Shown piece after piece: positions 1 to 10,151 of a DNA stretch of 64,000 bases. Source of the stretch: Candidatus Bathyarchaeota archaeon. Its GTDB lineage: Archaea; Thermoproteota; Bathyarchaeia; Bathyarchaeales; Bathyarchaeaceae. Each line of letters starts with the position of its first letter. The first letter of the stretch is position 1. The DNA lies in the NCBI GenBank assembly GCA_963697165.1, contig CAVOMX010000017.1:15849-79848 (forward strand), given 5' to 3'. The translations under genes were made by a program, and so were the position numbers. Under the pieces are notes generated by a model that saw only the letters and a list, made by a program, of their open reading frames with translations, was not told the origin of the DNA and did no database searches.

Positions 1-414
1 CAAAACATTATCCAAAATTCCACCGTAATAACCAGAGACAAGTCCTACCAATACTGCTAATGACATCGCAATGACAGCTGCTCCAATTCCAACATAAAGT
101 GCCGATCGAGCACCATAAACTACTTGACTGAAAACATCATGACCCACATAATCAGTTCCAAATAAATATTTTAGAGACGGAGGAACTCTAGCTTCTCCAA
201 CATAAAATCCTGGTGTAGCGTTTGGAGGAAATGGAGCAATCAATGCATCAAAAACGGCAAAGAACAGCACAAAACCTATTATAAATGTACCCGCTAGGGC
301 AGTTTTGTTTTTCGAAAATCTTCTCCAAGCTATATTCCATTGACTTACCCCTTTAGAGATTTTTTTTTCATTCACCTTCTTATGTCCCCGTTTAGTAAAC
401 CTTTTTTCGGTCAT
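1..414 (-). CDS. ABC peptide/nickel transporter permease, OppC/DppC family (N-terminal part; gene runs off the left edge)
   Basis: Not in ORF track because truncated. Hand translation of minus strand from ATG at 414-412: MTEKRFTKRGHKKVNEKKISKGVSQWNIAWRRFSKNKTALAGTFIIGFVLFF...LFGTDYVGHDVFSQVVYGARSALYVGIGAAV, a typical OppC N-terminus. It lies directly downstream of the OppB-like gene. Confidence 0.8.
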   Translation of the reverse strand, partial: MTEKRFTKRGHKKVNEKKISKGVSQWNIAWRRFSKNKTALAGTFIIGFVLFFAVFDALIAPFPPNATPGFYVGEARVPPSLKYLFGTDYVGHDVFSQVVYGARSALYVGIGAAVIAMSLAVLVGLVSGYYGGILDNVL

Positions 415-436
415 TTACCAAGTCCTCAAGGTTTTT

Positions 437-1417
437 TTATTCAAGTCTAATTCTAGGATCTATGTAACCATAAGTTAAATCAGTAACCAAATTAGCTATA
501 AGAGTCATTATTGTGATAAACACAGTAATACCCATTATTACTGGAAAATCTAATTTTGTTGTGGCCTCAACGAAAAGACGACCTACTCCAGGCCAATTAA
601 AGACTTTCTCAGTTATTGGAGCACCGGCGAGCATCGCACCAAAATATAATCCCACATAAGTTACTACTGGTATTAGTGCGTTTCTTAATGCGTGTTTATA
701 GATTACACTCCTTTCACTAAGTCCACTAGCTCTTGCAGCCAATATGTAGTCCTGTCGCAAAACTTCAAGCATACTTGATCGAACTAGCAGAACTACAGGA
801 GCAATAATTGCAAAAGTTAGTACCGCTGTAGGCAAAACCATATGCCACAAGTTATCTAGTATAGCGCTTCCAAAGGGATAACGTTCTATTAGAATTGAGT
901 ACGCACCTCCTGGCGGAAACCATCCTAGAAAAAATGAAAAAATGATGATTGCAATGATTCCCATATAGAAAACCGGTATGCATGTACCAACTAATGAGGT
1001 GGTAGTTACGGTTACATCCAATTTTGAGTATTGTTTTTTGGCTGATATTATTCCCACAGGAATTGCGATCAGGAGTGATAATACAAGAGCGGCAAGTTGG
1101 AGTTGGAACGTTAACCAAGCATAATCTCCGAGCAATGATGTTACTGCAATTCCTCCTCTAATTGCATAAGAATTCCCAAGGTTACCTTGAAATAATTGGC
1201 CAAGAAATAGGAAAAATTGATAATACAACGGTTTATCAAGACCATAATATTCTCTTAAATTTTCTTTAGCCTCAGCTGTGATACGGGGATTTTGAGTAGT
1301 CATAAGTTGAACTGGGTCTCCAGCAATACGTGATGCAACAAAAACTATAATTAGGATACCAAAAAAAAGCGGTACGAGATAGATCAATCTTCGGATTACA
1401 TATCGAATCATAGACAA
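437..1417 (-). CDS. ABC peptide/nickel transporter permease, OppB/DppB family
   Basis: 326-aa polytopic membrane ORF. N-terminus MIRYVIRRLIYLVPLFFGILIIVFV and the ...YILAARASGLSERSVIYKHALRNALIPVVT segment are classic OppB/DppB binding-protein-dependent permease signatures. Confidence 0.9.
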   Translation of the reverse strand: MSMIRYVIRRLIYLVPLFFGILIIVFVASRIAGDPVQLMTTQNPRITAEAKENLREYYGLDKPLYYQFFLFLGQLFQGNLGNSYAIRGGIAVTSLLGDYAWLTFQLQLAALVLSLLIAIPVGIISAKKQYSKLDVTVTTTSLVGTCIPVFYMGIIAIIIFSFFLGWFPPGGAYSILIERYPFGSAILDNLWHMVLPTAVLTFAIIAPVVLLVRSSMLEVLRQDYILAARASGLSERSVIYKHALRNALIPVVTYVGLYFGAMLAGAPITEKVFNWPGVGRLFVEATTKLDFPVIMGITVFITIMTLIANLVTDLTYGYIDPRIRLE

Positions 1418-1632
1418 ATTGTGTCACAAATCCAAACTTACTTTCTGAACTCAATTAATATATAAATATTCTTGAAAGATTCAATAAATCATCATTCAAG
1501 AATAAATTGCTTTAGAATTCCGAAAAACGTTTTTTATAGCACTTAATTTTTGTAATATTGAACATAATATTGAACAATAGGCAAAAGTTATAAATCAAAT
1601 ATACTCAAATTAAGATCTAGGGAGATTAAATT

Positions 1633-3513
1633 TTGACAAAACAAAAATTCAAAATAACTACACTATGCGCAATATTAATACTTAGTACTTTCATAGTTGC
1701 TGCAAATTCTTTAGTACAAGGTCAACAGAATTTATTTCAAGTTACATTAACCGTTCCATCAACGAATCCATCAAGACAAGCTTGGGCCGAAATTGTACAA
1801 TCCAATATGCTTGCAGCTGGAATCGACACAAGCAGAGTAATACAAGATTGGGGAACAATCTATGACAGAGCACTTGATCCGCCTCCAGAAGTAGCCGGTA
1901 AGATATTTGATGACGGTGGTTTTGACATGCTGTTTGTGGGCTATGCTATGGACATAGATCCTGATCCATTTTCGTTGTATCATAGTAGCCAACTCCCACC
2001 TGGACAAAACTACTACAATTGGGTAAATGAAGAAAATGATAGACTATGCAAATTAATCAAGGAAACCGTCGACGAAGACTTACTGCTCCAATACATTAAG
2101 GAGTGGCAAAAGTTGGGATACGAGGAACAACCCTCAATTACTATTAAATACGATCAGGAGGCAGTTTGCTTTGATCCAACGGCTCTTGTGGGAGACATAT
2201 TCGAGATTGTGCATTATCCTGCTTGGCCTAGAGTTCATGAATGGAAATTAAATCCTTCAACAACCCAAAACACAATTGTCTACGCTCAAACGGGGCCAGC
2301 ACCCGAAGAAGGTTTGAATCCCTACTGTTCCACTTCGTACTATGACTTTACTGTATTCGGTGCAGTTTTCGAATGTTTGACTAAAAGACAAAATCTTGAG
2401 ACTTTAGAATTAATTCCTGCATTAGCTACAAGTTGGAATGTTGCAGACGATGACAAGACTTGGACTGTTAACTTGAGACAAGGTGTTAAGTGGCATGATG
2501 GTGTCGAATTTACCGCTGAAGACGTGAAGTTTACATTCACTGCCGCTATGGCAGATGATTTAGCCTCCCAACAGGGCGGTTTTGTAAAAGACATCATTGG
2601 TTCACCGGAAAACATCGAGATAGTAGATGATTATACTTTGAAATTCCATCTTCCTGCACCTTATGGTTTCTTTGCTTCAAGTTTACTCTCGGAAGGAACA
2701 ACTGGCTGGATACTGCCCAAACATGTTCTGGAAAATGTACCATACGATGACTGGAGAAGTCACTCATTCAACACAGGCGAAGGTTCTTACACCTCTAATG
2801 GACAGACCTTCAGTGGTCCAATAGGCACTGGACCTTATAAATACGACAGTTATAATCCAACCACTTTCACAAACACTATGAATAGAAATGACGAATACTG
2901 GGACGCTCAGAGACTAATGGATGCAGGAACGTTCGGAATCGAGAAGTATGTTGTTGTCTTTATAGAAGGTTCTGACACCGCTATCACCGCTCTAAAGACA
3001 GGCGAAGTAGACTTTCTTGATGCCCAATATAGTCTTCAAGCAAAGTTGGGGAGCATTGAAGAACCTTGGGGAGATTGGGTAGCTTATGACGCATTCGGCT
3101 TACAAGAATTGGGCTTTAACATGAATCACCCAGTTTTCGGTACTGGTGTTGACACACCCCTAGGCAAGGAACATCCCTCAAGAGCAGCAGAAGCAGCGCG
3201 CTACGTGCGACAAGCCATTAGCCATCTGGTTCCTAGACAAAACATTATAGACACAATCCTTGCTGGATACGGTACCCCAGGTGTAACAACTCCTGTCACA
3301 ACATTAACCTTTGGATACGACTCAAGTCTGAAGCCCTACTCTTACGATGTTAACTTAGCCAAGTCTTTGCTGGCAGCAGCTGGCTATGATACTGGAGTTC
3401 CGCCGCCATCAAAAGGTTTCCTTGAAGAATATGGTCTTTACGTGGGAGTAGCCGTTGTAGCTGTTGTAGTCGCAGTGGGAGCCGTGTACTTCATTAGAAG
3501 ACGCCAAAGCTAA
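1633..3513 (+). CDS. ABC transporter substrate-binding protein, family 5 (peptide/nickel), with signal peptide and C-terminal transmembrane anchor
   Basis: 626-aa ORF, TTG start, divergent from the permease genes. N-terminal signal-like helix. SBP_bac_5-like core (VKWHDGVEFTAEDVKFTF, GTGPYKY). C-terminal hydrophobic helix plus RRRQS tail, as in archaeal anchored binding proteins. Confidence 0.85.
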   Translation: MTKQKFKITTLCAILILSTFIVAANSLVQGQQNLFQVTLTVPSTNPSRQAWAEIVQSNMLAAGIDTSRVIQDWGTIYDRALDPPPEVAGKIFDDGGFDMLFVGYAMDIDPDPFSLYHSSQLPPGQNYYNWVNEENDRLCKLIKETVDEDLLLQYIKEWQKLGYEEQPSITIKYDQEAVCFDPTALVGDIFEIVHYPAWPRVHEWKLNPSTTQNTIVYAQTGPAPEEGLNPYCSTSYYDFTVFGAVFECLTKRQNLETLELIPALATSWNVADDDKTWTVNLRQGVKWHDGVEFTAEDVKFTFTAAMADDLASQQGGFVKDIIGSPENIEIVDDYTLKFHLPAPYGFFASSLLSEGTTGWILPKHVLENVPYDDWRSHSFNTGEGSYTSNGQTFSGPIGTGPYKYDSYNPTTFTNTMNRNDEYWDAQRLMDAGTFGIEKYVVVFIEGSDTAITALKTGEVDFLDAQYSLQAKLGSIEEPWGDWVAYDAFGLQELGFNMNHPVFGTGVDTPLGKEHPSRAAEAARYVRQAISHLVPRQNIIDTILAGYGTPGVTTPVTTLTFGYDSSLKPYSYDVNLAKSLLAAAGYDTGVPPPSKGFLEEYGLYVGVAVVAVVVAVGAVYFIRRRQS

Positions 3514-3681
3514 AATGCTCCATTTCCCTTTTCTTTTTTTATGTTCAAAGATAATTACTAAATAATTCTTTATAGAAAAAAGAAAATTTTGATTTGTAAT
3601 TCTTGTCTATTTTCACAGATAAGGCCTTTCTGAAATTAAGCTATCAAAAAATACATGCGCTTAAAAACTGACAAATGTTTA

Positions 3682-4548
3682 CTACAAAAGTGACAAAGTT
3701 ATCAAAGGAATCAAACCAAGTACCACCGTAATAGGAAGCCCAGGAAATATGCCTCGCCGTAAAGTCATTACATATGATAACAAAGTACCAATTAAAATCA
3801 TAAGTAATGAAAAAACACCTGTTAGAATCCCAAAATTTGCTGAAGTGTTTGACACAATTATTGAATAGCACGTCAAATCGCCTATTCCTATACCCCAATT
3901 CTTGTCTGAGAAAGCTATTTCGACAATCAACTTGTCATATGCGGCTACTCCCAAGATTTTTTCCACACTTTTTTTCTTAATCAAAATGAGATCTGCAAAC
4001 GAAAAAAACAAAGAAATTCCAATAATTGGAATGGTTGGGACCAAAATGCCTACGAAAGAACCGAGAGCGCCGCTACAAATCACAAATAGTAGATTTTTCA
4101 TCCTTTCAGACAGTGCTTCAACTAGAACCAGATATGCAAAATATGCACCAATATATGTCACGAATCCCACAATTATCAGAATTATAGGGGATTCCAGAGA
4201 TAGAGAATTAAAAATCAGTTTTGCAAAGAGTAATGTCGAAAGAATTCCACTCAATATAAATGTTGCAACCAAGATTTTTATTGCAAATTCTTGCCTCTTT
4301 CTGAATAAACGAAAAAATAGAAATAAACTCGTTATTGAGATCAAAATAATAACAAAAATATTTAGTGTCGCAAAAAATTCGTCTACTCCAAGAAACAATG
4401 ATGTTGAATTGCCTCCCTCAAATTGTAAGACTAACACAAAATATGAAAGAATTATTGAAATTGTTATTGTAAATAAAATCGGCAGCATGAAATGTAGTTT
4501 ATTTGTCTTGGTTGCCAAACGGGATTCAAAAAAATTAATTCTTGTCAT
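3682..4548 (-). CDS. Presenilin / signal-peptide-peptidase-like intramembrane aspartyl protease (A22 family candidate)
   Basis: 288-aa polytopic membrane protein. It has FSFADLILIKKK (first Asp at the end of a TM followed by a basic loop), WGIGIGDL (GxGD motif) and a C-terminal PGLP (PAL-like) motif in the order expected for PSH/SPP. Confidence 0.55.
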   Translation of the reverse strand: MTRINFFESRLATKTNKLHFMLPILFTITISIILSYFVLVLQFEGGNSTSLFLGVDEFFATLNIFVIILISITSLFLFFRLFRKRQEFAIKILVATFILSGILSTLLFAKLIFNSLSLESPIILIIVGFVTYIGAYFAYLVLVEALSERMKNLLFVICSGALGSFVGILVPTIPIIGISLFFSFADLILIKKKSVEKILGVAAYDKLIVEIAFSDKNWGIGIGDLTCYSIIVSNTSANFGILTGVFSLLMILIGTLLSYVMTLRRGIFPGLPITVVLGLIPLITLSLL

Positions 4549-4727
4549 GATGATGAATCCTAAACTTGTGTTTCCGGAATAACATCATTAAGTTTTCTCC
4601 GAATATAAGATGAGCAATAAATTAGATAAAAAAGATAGCCTTAACAATTCTTAAAATTCTATAAATTATTAGATCCAAATTGGTTGATAAATAAACTACA
4701 TTTTATTTAATATGTGTTATGAGATAT

Positions 4728-5087
4728 TCAAATAGCCGATAAAAGAAGAGCTTCAATTATCAAGACAATCCCAGTTACAATAAACACTTCCATCTGTTTC
4801 TCAATTTCCTTTTGGCGTTTGGCATTCCAAGGTTTAGAATGGAATAAGACTTCGTCTATCTTGGCAACCGGGGGGGAATATAGGGTTACTGCACCACCTA
4901 CAATGAGGCCAATTCCCCCTTCAATCAACATAACAAATGAAAGAGTGTATGTAATCTGATTTGTTCCCCCAATGAGGAAGACAATTAAAATAGCATCTAT
5001 TGTTATGATGATTAACGAATAAATTGAAGACCTAACAAGAGACTCCAACGCAGTTTTCCAAACAATCATAGAATATTCTGTCTTCAC
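4728..5087 (-). CDS. Small integral membrane protein, function unknown
   Basis: 119-aa ORF with three to four hydrophobic helices; no recognisable motif. Confidence 0.4.
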   Translation of the reverse strand: MKTEYSMIVWKTALESLVRSSIYSLIIITIDAILIVFLIGGTNQITYTLSFVMLIEGGIGLIVGGAVTLYSPPVAKIDEVLFHSKPWNAKRQKEIEKQMEVFIVTGIVLIIEALLLSAI

Positions 5088-5189
5088 AATTCTATTTAAG
5101 ATTGGTCAAATCAAATATGAGAGCAGGGGATTGGCTGAAAAAGTTTTTCCTGTTCTGGGTGAATTCATTAAATTAATGAAAAAGTAGTT

Positions 5190-6452
5190 ATGCAGATTAA
5201 TCAAACAATTCTGCTATCTATGTCAATTAAAAAAGTCTACGGCTGCTACACCGGAATACCGAAAGAGGCAAAATATCTAATCTATGCCTCCATAATGCCA
5301 TCTGTTGCGTACGGCATGTTATTTACTGATCTATCCTTTTTCCTGACTGCTGTGCAAGGAGTCTCGACTAATTTCATGGGAATAGTCATAACTTCAATGG
5401 GTGTCTCTACGTTTGTTGCCAGTATTCTTCTCGGAATTATTGCAGATGTTTATGGGCGAAAGAGACTGCTTATTGGCGGTAATGTGCTTGCTAGTGTAAT
5501 ATTAATTGCTTTTGCATTAACAACTGACCCATTGCTATTAATTGCCGCTGCAATTGTGGAAGGAATATCTGAAGGTGCCATCTTAGCATCCAGCAACGCT
5601 TTGCTTGCAGAAAAAGTGAAGGATGAACAAAGAACCAGTGTTTTTTCATTATATGGTTTTGCACAAAGTATTGCATTCGGTCTAGGAAGTTTTGCAGTAT
5701 CCGCCGTTTTAGTTTTTGAATTATTTGGATTCACGAACAGAGAAAGTCACATCCTTGTTTACATAATAATTGGTATTTTAAGTCTATTTTCAACTCTTAT
5801 CATGATCAAAGTAAAAGAATCCACGAACCTCAAAAAAATCAAAAAAGGTATATCAGATTTGATGCCTGGAAAATCAAAAAAACTTTTGTTTAAGTACGTT
5901 TTGACTGGCGCCATAATAGCTTTTGGAGCAGGATTAGTGGTTCCTCTTATGACTCTCTGGTTTAATTTGCAGTATGGAATTTCAGACGCAATAAGTGCAC
6001 CCATCTTGGCAATATCAAGTATACTGATTGGATTGGCAACACTTTATTCGCCTTTGTTGACAAAAAGACTCGGTCTAATTAAAGCGATAGTCATTACACA
6101 GATAGCTTCAACCGTTTTCATGTTCGCTACACCCTTTTCTCCTAACTTTGCAGTTGCCGGATTTGTATATAGTATGCGTGCGTTGCTCATGAACATGGGA
6201 AGCCCGTTGTCTCAGTCAATGATTATGGGTTTAGTTCCGGAAGATGAGCGTGGAACTGCTTCTGGGATAAGTGGCGCTTTATGGAGACTTCCTAATGCTT
6301 TGAGCACATGGATTGGAGCATGGCTTATGGGTATTGGATTATTGTTTGAGCCCTTCTTTATTGCAGGTTTATTCTACATTATTTCGATAATGTTATTCTG
6401 GTTTTTCTTTAGAAGATTGAAAATTCCTGAAGAACAGATTCCGCCCAAATAA
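5190..6452 (+). CDS. MFS transporter
   Basis: 420-aa ORF with about 12 hydrophobic segments. MFS loop 2-3 motif ADVYGRKRLLIGG. The true start may be an internal Met (MSIKK). Confidence 0.8.
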   Translation: MQINQTILLSMSIKKVYGCYTGIPKEAKYLIYASIMPSVAYGMLFTDLSFFLTAVQGVSTNFMGIVITSMGVSTFVASILLGIIADVYGRKRLLIGGNVLASVILIAFALTTDPLLLIAAAIVEGISEGAILASSNALLAEKVKDEQRTSVFSLYGFAQSIAFGLGSFAVSAVLVFELFGFTNRESHILVYIIIGILSLFSTLIMIKVKESTNLKKIKKGISDLMPGKSKKLLFKYVLTGAIIAFGAGLVVPLMTLWFNLQYGISDAISAPILAISSILIGLATLYSPLLTKRLGLIKAIVITQIASTVFMFATPFSPNFAVAGFVYSMRALLMNMGSPLSQSMIMGLVPEDERGTASGISGALWRLPNALSTWIGAWLMGIGLLFEPFFIAGLFYIISIMLFWFFFRRLKIPEEQIPPK

Positions 6453-6562
6453 TTTCATCTTCGTTTAACCCAGTTTGTAACTAGACAAATAATCAAAGAT
6501 TCTTGTTTTTCAGAAAAACCTTATAACATCAGATCCCACTCTCGAAAATTAAGGAATAGTTC

Positions 6563-7450
6563 TTGCGAAAACCAAACCTCGCAGCAGGTGATAAAAAAGA
6601 AGCAGTGCTGTTCACGATTATAGCCAGCTCTCTGTGGGGCACCTCTTTTCCAGCAATAAAGATTGGCTTACAGTATATGGATCCTTATACTTTTGTATTC
6701 TTGAGATTCTTTATTGCCTCGCTGATGATGTTAGCCATGATTATATTTACAAAAAATTTCAGCTTTAACTTCAACAAGAAACGATTAATCCTATTCTTGG
6801 GTTTAACGAACGGGGTAGCATATCTTTTGCAATATATTGGCATGTTTTACACCTTCGCCTCAAAATCATCGTTATTGGTAAACCTCACGGTAGTCTGGGT
6901 TGCCTTGCTAAGTCCAATAATATTAAAGGAACAAATAGGCAGAAAAAAATTGGCAGGCGTGATTCTAAGTCTTCTAGGAATTGTACTTGTAACAACGAAC
7001 TTAGATTTCCAGTCATTTGGCATGGGAGAGATTATGGGGGATTTACTCATGATTGCAGCTGGAATGATCTGGGCGCTATTTATTATATACAATAAGCCGT
7101 TGGTTAACGAAAGCAAAAACATGATTCAGTCCTTGACTTGGCTCTTGCTCTTCACTATGCTACCTTTAATTCCAGTGGTGCCTTTTTCTGCAAAGAATTT
7201 CCTAACGTTACCCTGGGAGGCTTGGATTGCAATCATCTATACTGCAATCTTTTGCTGGATCATACCTTATTATCTTTGGTCTAAAGGATTGAAAAATATT
7301 TCACCTGTAACTTCGGCAGTAATTCTCTTGAATGAAATACTAGTTGCCGTAACAATTTCAACAATAGTTCTTGGAGAATCCTTGACAGCAATCTCTGGTA
7401 TCGGAGCCGTTTTTATTATTATAGCAATCATGCTAGTTTCGTATGGATGA
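6563..7450 (+). CDS. EamA/DMT family transporter
   Basis: 295-aa ORF with 10 predicted helices arranged as two EamA-like halves (WGTSFPAIKIGL..., ...LWSKGLKNISPVTSAVILLNEILVAV). Confidence 0.8.
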   Translation: MRKPNLAAGDKKEAVLFTIIASSLWGTSFPAIKIGLQYMDPYTFVFLRFFIASLMMLAMIIFTKNFSFNFNKKRLILFLGLTNGVAYLLQYIGMFYTFASKSSLLVNLTVVWVALLSPIILKEQIGRKKLAGVILSLLGIVLVTTNLDFQSFGMGEIMGDLLMIAAGMIWALFIIYNKPLVNESKNMIQSLTWLLLFTMLPLIPVVPFSAKNFLTLPWEAWIAIIYTAIFCWIIPYYLWSKGLKNISPVTSAVILLNEILVAVTISTIVLGESLTAISGIGAVFIIIAIMLVSYG

Positions 7451-7573
7451 TTTTCCTTTTTGATTTGATGAATGAATTCATTTTCACAAAATTTTTTTCC
7501 TGGGACTCCACTTAGATATCACGGGAACCGCTATATTGCGGATAAAAAAGATTAGGTCAGGTTGAGACTTGAA

Positions 7574-8461
7574 ATGGAAAAACCAACTTTTAATATTGTA
7601 GATGTGTTTGCCGAAGAAAAATTTACAGGAAACCAGCTTGCGGTTTTTAGATTTGTAAAAAAATTATCAGATGATCAAATGCAGCGAATAGCCAAAGAAA
7701 TGAATTACTCAGAAACAACATTCATATTATCAGATGAAAAACAAGACGAGGGATACGATGTACGCATTTTTACGCCAGAAATAGAGGTGCCTTTTGCAGG
7801 TCATCCAACATTAGGGACAGCTTTTGTGATACAGCACGAAATCATAAAAGAACCTATAAACGAGATAGTTTTGAATCTGAAAGCCGGTAAAATTCCCGTT
7901 TCCTTCAGTTATGACGGAGAGAAATCATGTAATTTATGGATGAAGCAGCTTCACCCGTTATTTGGAGAAAAGTTTGATGCCGAGTTGATCTCTAAGATTT
8001 TAAGTCTTGATATAAGCGATATAAATGCAGTCTTCCCAATTCAAGAGGTTTCAACCGGTCTCCCTGCTGTAATAGTTCCACTAAAAACATTGGATGCAGT
8101 GAAAAAAGCCAGAATAAATAGGGACCGGTATTTCGAGTTTATCAAGGACATTGAAGCTAAAACAATGCTAATTTTTTGTCCAGAAACTTACAATCTCGCA
8201 CATGACTTAAATGTGAGGTTTTTTGCAGATCATTACGGTATCCCAGAAGACCCTGCTACGGGAAGTGCAAATGGGTGTCTGGCAGCCTACCTCGTTAAAC
8301 ATCGCTACTTTGGAACCCATCGAATAAATCTTCAAGTAGAACAGGGCTATGAAATAGGTAGACCATCATTACTTTTTCTAAAAGCGGAGGAGAAAAAACA
8401 AGAGCTTGCTGTGTATGTAGGTGGCAAAGTAGAGATGATAGCCAAGGGAGAACTTGTATAA
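7574..8461 (+). CDS. PhzF-family (phenazine biosynthesis-like) isomerase
   Basis: FNIVDVFAEEKFTGNQLAVF, NYSETTFI, FAGHPTLGTA and DPATGSANGCLAAYL are hallmark PhzF/YddE motifs. The ORF track starts at TTG 7562; ATG at 7574 preferred. Confidence 0.85.
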   Translation: MEKPTFNIVDVFAEEKFTGNQLAVFRFVKKLSDDQMQRIAKEMNYSETTFILSDEKQDEGYDVRIFTPEIEVPFAGHPTLGTAFVIQHEIIKEPINEIVLNLKAGKIPVSFSYDGEKSCNLWMKQLHPLFGEKFDAELISKILSLDISDINAVFPIQEVSTGLPAVIVPLKTLDAVKKARINRDRYFEFIKDIEAKTMLIFCPETYNLAHDLNVRFFADHYGIPEDPATGSANGCLAAYLVKHRYFGTHRINLQVEQGYEIGRPSLLFLKAEEKKQELAVYVGGKVEMIAKGELV

Positions 8462-8803
8462 AACAACCCGTTTATTTGGTTTGAATAAAAGAGATTAAAA
8501 ATGATCTATCTCAAAAAGAAAAGAACAAGTTTGCTTATTTTCGTGATAATAATATAGTTTTACGGAAGTTGCGTTTTTTCTTTAATAAATCTTTCTTAGC
8601 TAACTTTTTTGTCCTATAGATCAATTGTCTTTGCAGCTATAGGCCGGACTCAGATTCTATTTCCTGTGAAATGAAACAACATGTAACCGATAATAAAGAA
8701 GCCTAATTTGAGGTGTGTATAAACCAAAATAATTAATCTAAGGTTGCATATAAACGAGGTTTCGAATACCTTTTCTTAGCGTATTCCTTTAGAGTGTGAG
8801 AAT

Positions 8804-9787
8804 ATGAAGGAAATTCAATTCCGAAATTATCTCCAAGAACGTAAGTTGACCCCAGAGGAAGCTAATTTGTCTGTGAACTCAATCAAAGAGTTCGAGGACT
8901 ATCTTGAAAAGAAGAAAATGTCGTTCGAGACTGCAGGATTAGATACGCTTGTAGAGTATATCTCACTGATGATTGAAGAAGACAAGAACTCGATGAACAG
9001 ACTCATCGCGATTGCTCGCTACTGCAACATTACTAAGAAAGATGACTACTACGTTTATCTAGTATCAATTTTAGGTGCTAGAAATGTGTTGCCTGACATA
9101 GGCGAAAGGGTAGCACTTATTTCTGGAGAGGTAGTTCAACATAAAGTCTTTCAAGGGTTCGAGTTGCCTCCGCTAGGGGCGCCTCCTGAGAACTACCCAC
9201 AAATCACCAAGATTATTATGGATAGGCTGAAGGCTGAACTTCCCAACGAAACCTGCAGGAAGATCCTCACGTGGAACTACCATAGAGTGCCAACTGAGAG
9301 CTTCAAGGAGAAGAAAGACCGATTTGAGAAATCCGATAGTATCGACGGATACTTGAAAAACGAACATAAGATGTTTGTAGATGAGCTTAAGAAGTTCATG
9401 AACGAGGGGAGAATATGGTACGAGCAAGAGATATCCCCTGAAGTTCTAGAGTTCGTACGGGGTAATCAAGAGATTTGTACAGGTGTCAGACGCGGTAATA
9501 GGATCTACCTGACCAAAATACCTTATGCTCCGAAGCAATACCTGGAGGAGAAGGATTCCGCCTTGAAGAGGTACTACGCCTGTCATTGCCCTCTCGTAAG
9601 ATCAGCCTTATGTAATGGAAAAATCGAGATATCACATATGTTCTGCTACTGTAGTGCCGGATATGAAAAAATAGGATTCGACGTAATATTCGAAGAATCA
9701 GTTGAAGTAGAGTTGCTAGAGAGTGCACTCAAAGGAGACTCTCAATGTCGCTTTGCTATTAGAATTCCAAGAGGTAAAATGAAATAA
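8804..9787 (+). CDS. Hypothetical protein with Cys-rich C-terminal domain
   Basis: 327-aa ORF. N-terminus resembles the SAM-like helical domain of phage integrases (FRNYLQERKLTPEEANLSVNSIKEFEDYL). C-terminus has YACHCPLVR...FCYCSAGYEK...GDSQCRFAIRIP, a probable metal/ligand-binding module. Confidence 0.6.
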   Translation: MKEIQFRNYLQERKLTPEEANLSVNSIKEFEDYLEKKKMSFETAGLDTLVEYISLMIEEDKNSMNRLIAIARYCNITKKDDYYVYLVSILGARNVLPDIGERVALISGEVVQHKVFQGFELPPLGAPPENYPQITKIIMDRLKAELPNETCRKILTWNYHRVPTESFKEKKDRFEKSDSIDGYLKNEHKMFVDELKKFMNEGRIWYEQEISPEVLEFVRGNQEICTGVRRGNRIYLTKIPYAPKQYLEEKDSALKRYYACHCPLVRSALCNGKIEISHMFCYCSAGYEKIGFDVIFEESVEVELLESALKGDSQCRFAIRIPRGKMK

Positions 9788-9789
9788 CG

Positions 9790-10011
9790 TCAGAAGAAAT
9801 GATTATTTTTTTGTTTTCCCCATTCAAGCATATTCCAGAATCTTTCATGGAAGTAATATAGTATCATTGTAATAGCATTGTATATCGTTCCAATTGCTAC
9901 GGAAACATCAATGTTTCCTGTCAAAAAGTATGCCGTAATAATGCTAACTGTTATACAGATAATTCTCCAAAGGATTGATTTTACTAATGACCTTTTTCTT
10001 GTTTCTATCAT
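9790..10011 (-). CDS. DUF2061-like small membrane protein
   Basis: 73 aa. RSLVKSILWRIICI...TAYFLTGNI...AITMILYYFHERFWN matches my memory of the DUF2061 two-helix pattern. Confidence 0.6.
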   Translation of the reverse strand: MIETRKRSLVKSILWRIICITVSIITAYFLTGNIDVSVAIGTIYNAITMILYYFHERFWNMLEWGKQKNNHFF

Positions 10012-10099
10012 GAAATTTATTTTTCGAATACACTCATAATAAGTTTTATCACACCTAATGGCTTTGCTGAGAATCCAAACAAAAATAATTGAGGATTGA

Positions 10100-10116
10100 A
10101 GCTATATTTTATAGCT
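10100..10116 (+). promoter_or_regulatory. Palindromic A/T-rich TATA-like element upstream of the methyltransferase gene
   Basis: AGCTATAtttTATAGCT (7-bp arms) ends 36 nt before the ATG at 10152. Position and composition fit an archaeal TATA box. Confidence 0.35.
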
Positions 10117-10151
10117 TAGAACGAGTCATATTTTGAAAGGGATATTGAGAA

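Noticed and set aside
3902-4582. 226-aa ORF on the plus strand
   Set aside because: It is entirely antisense to the membrane-protein gene 3682-4548. Its composition is odd (K/N/I-rich, no motifs), whereas the minus-strand product has coherent helices and protease motifs.
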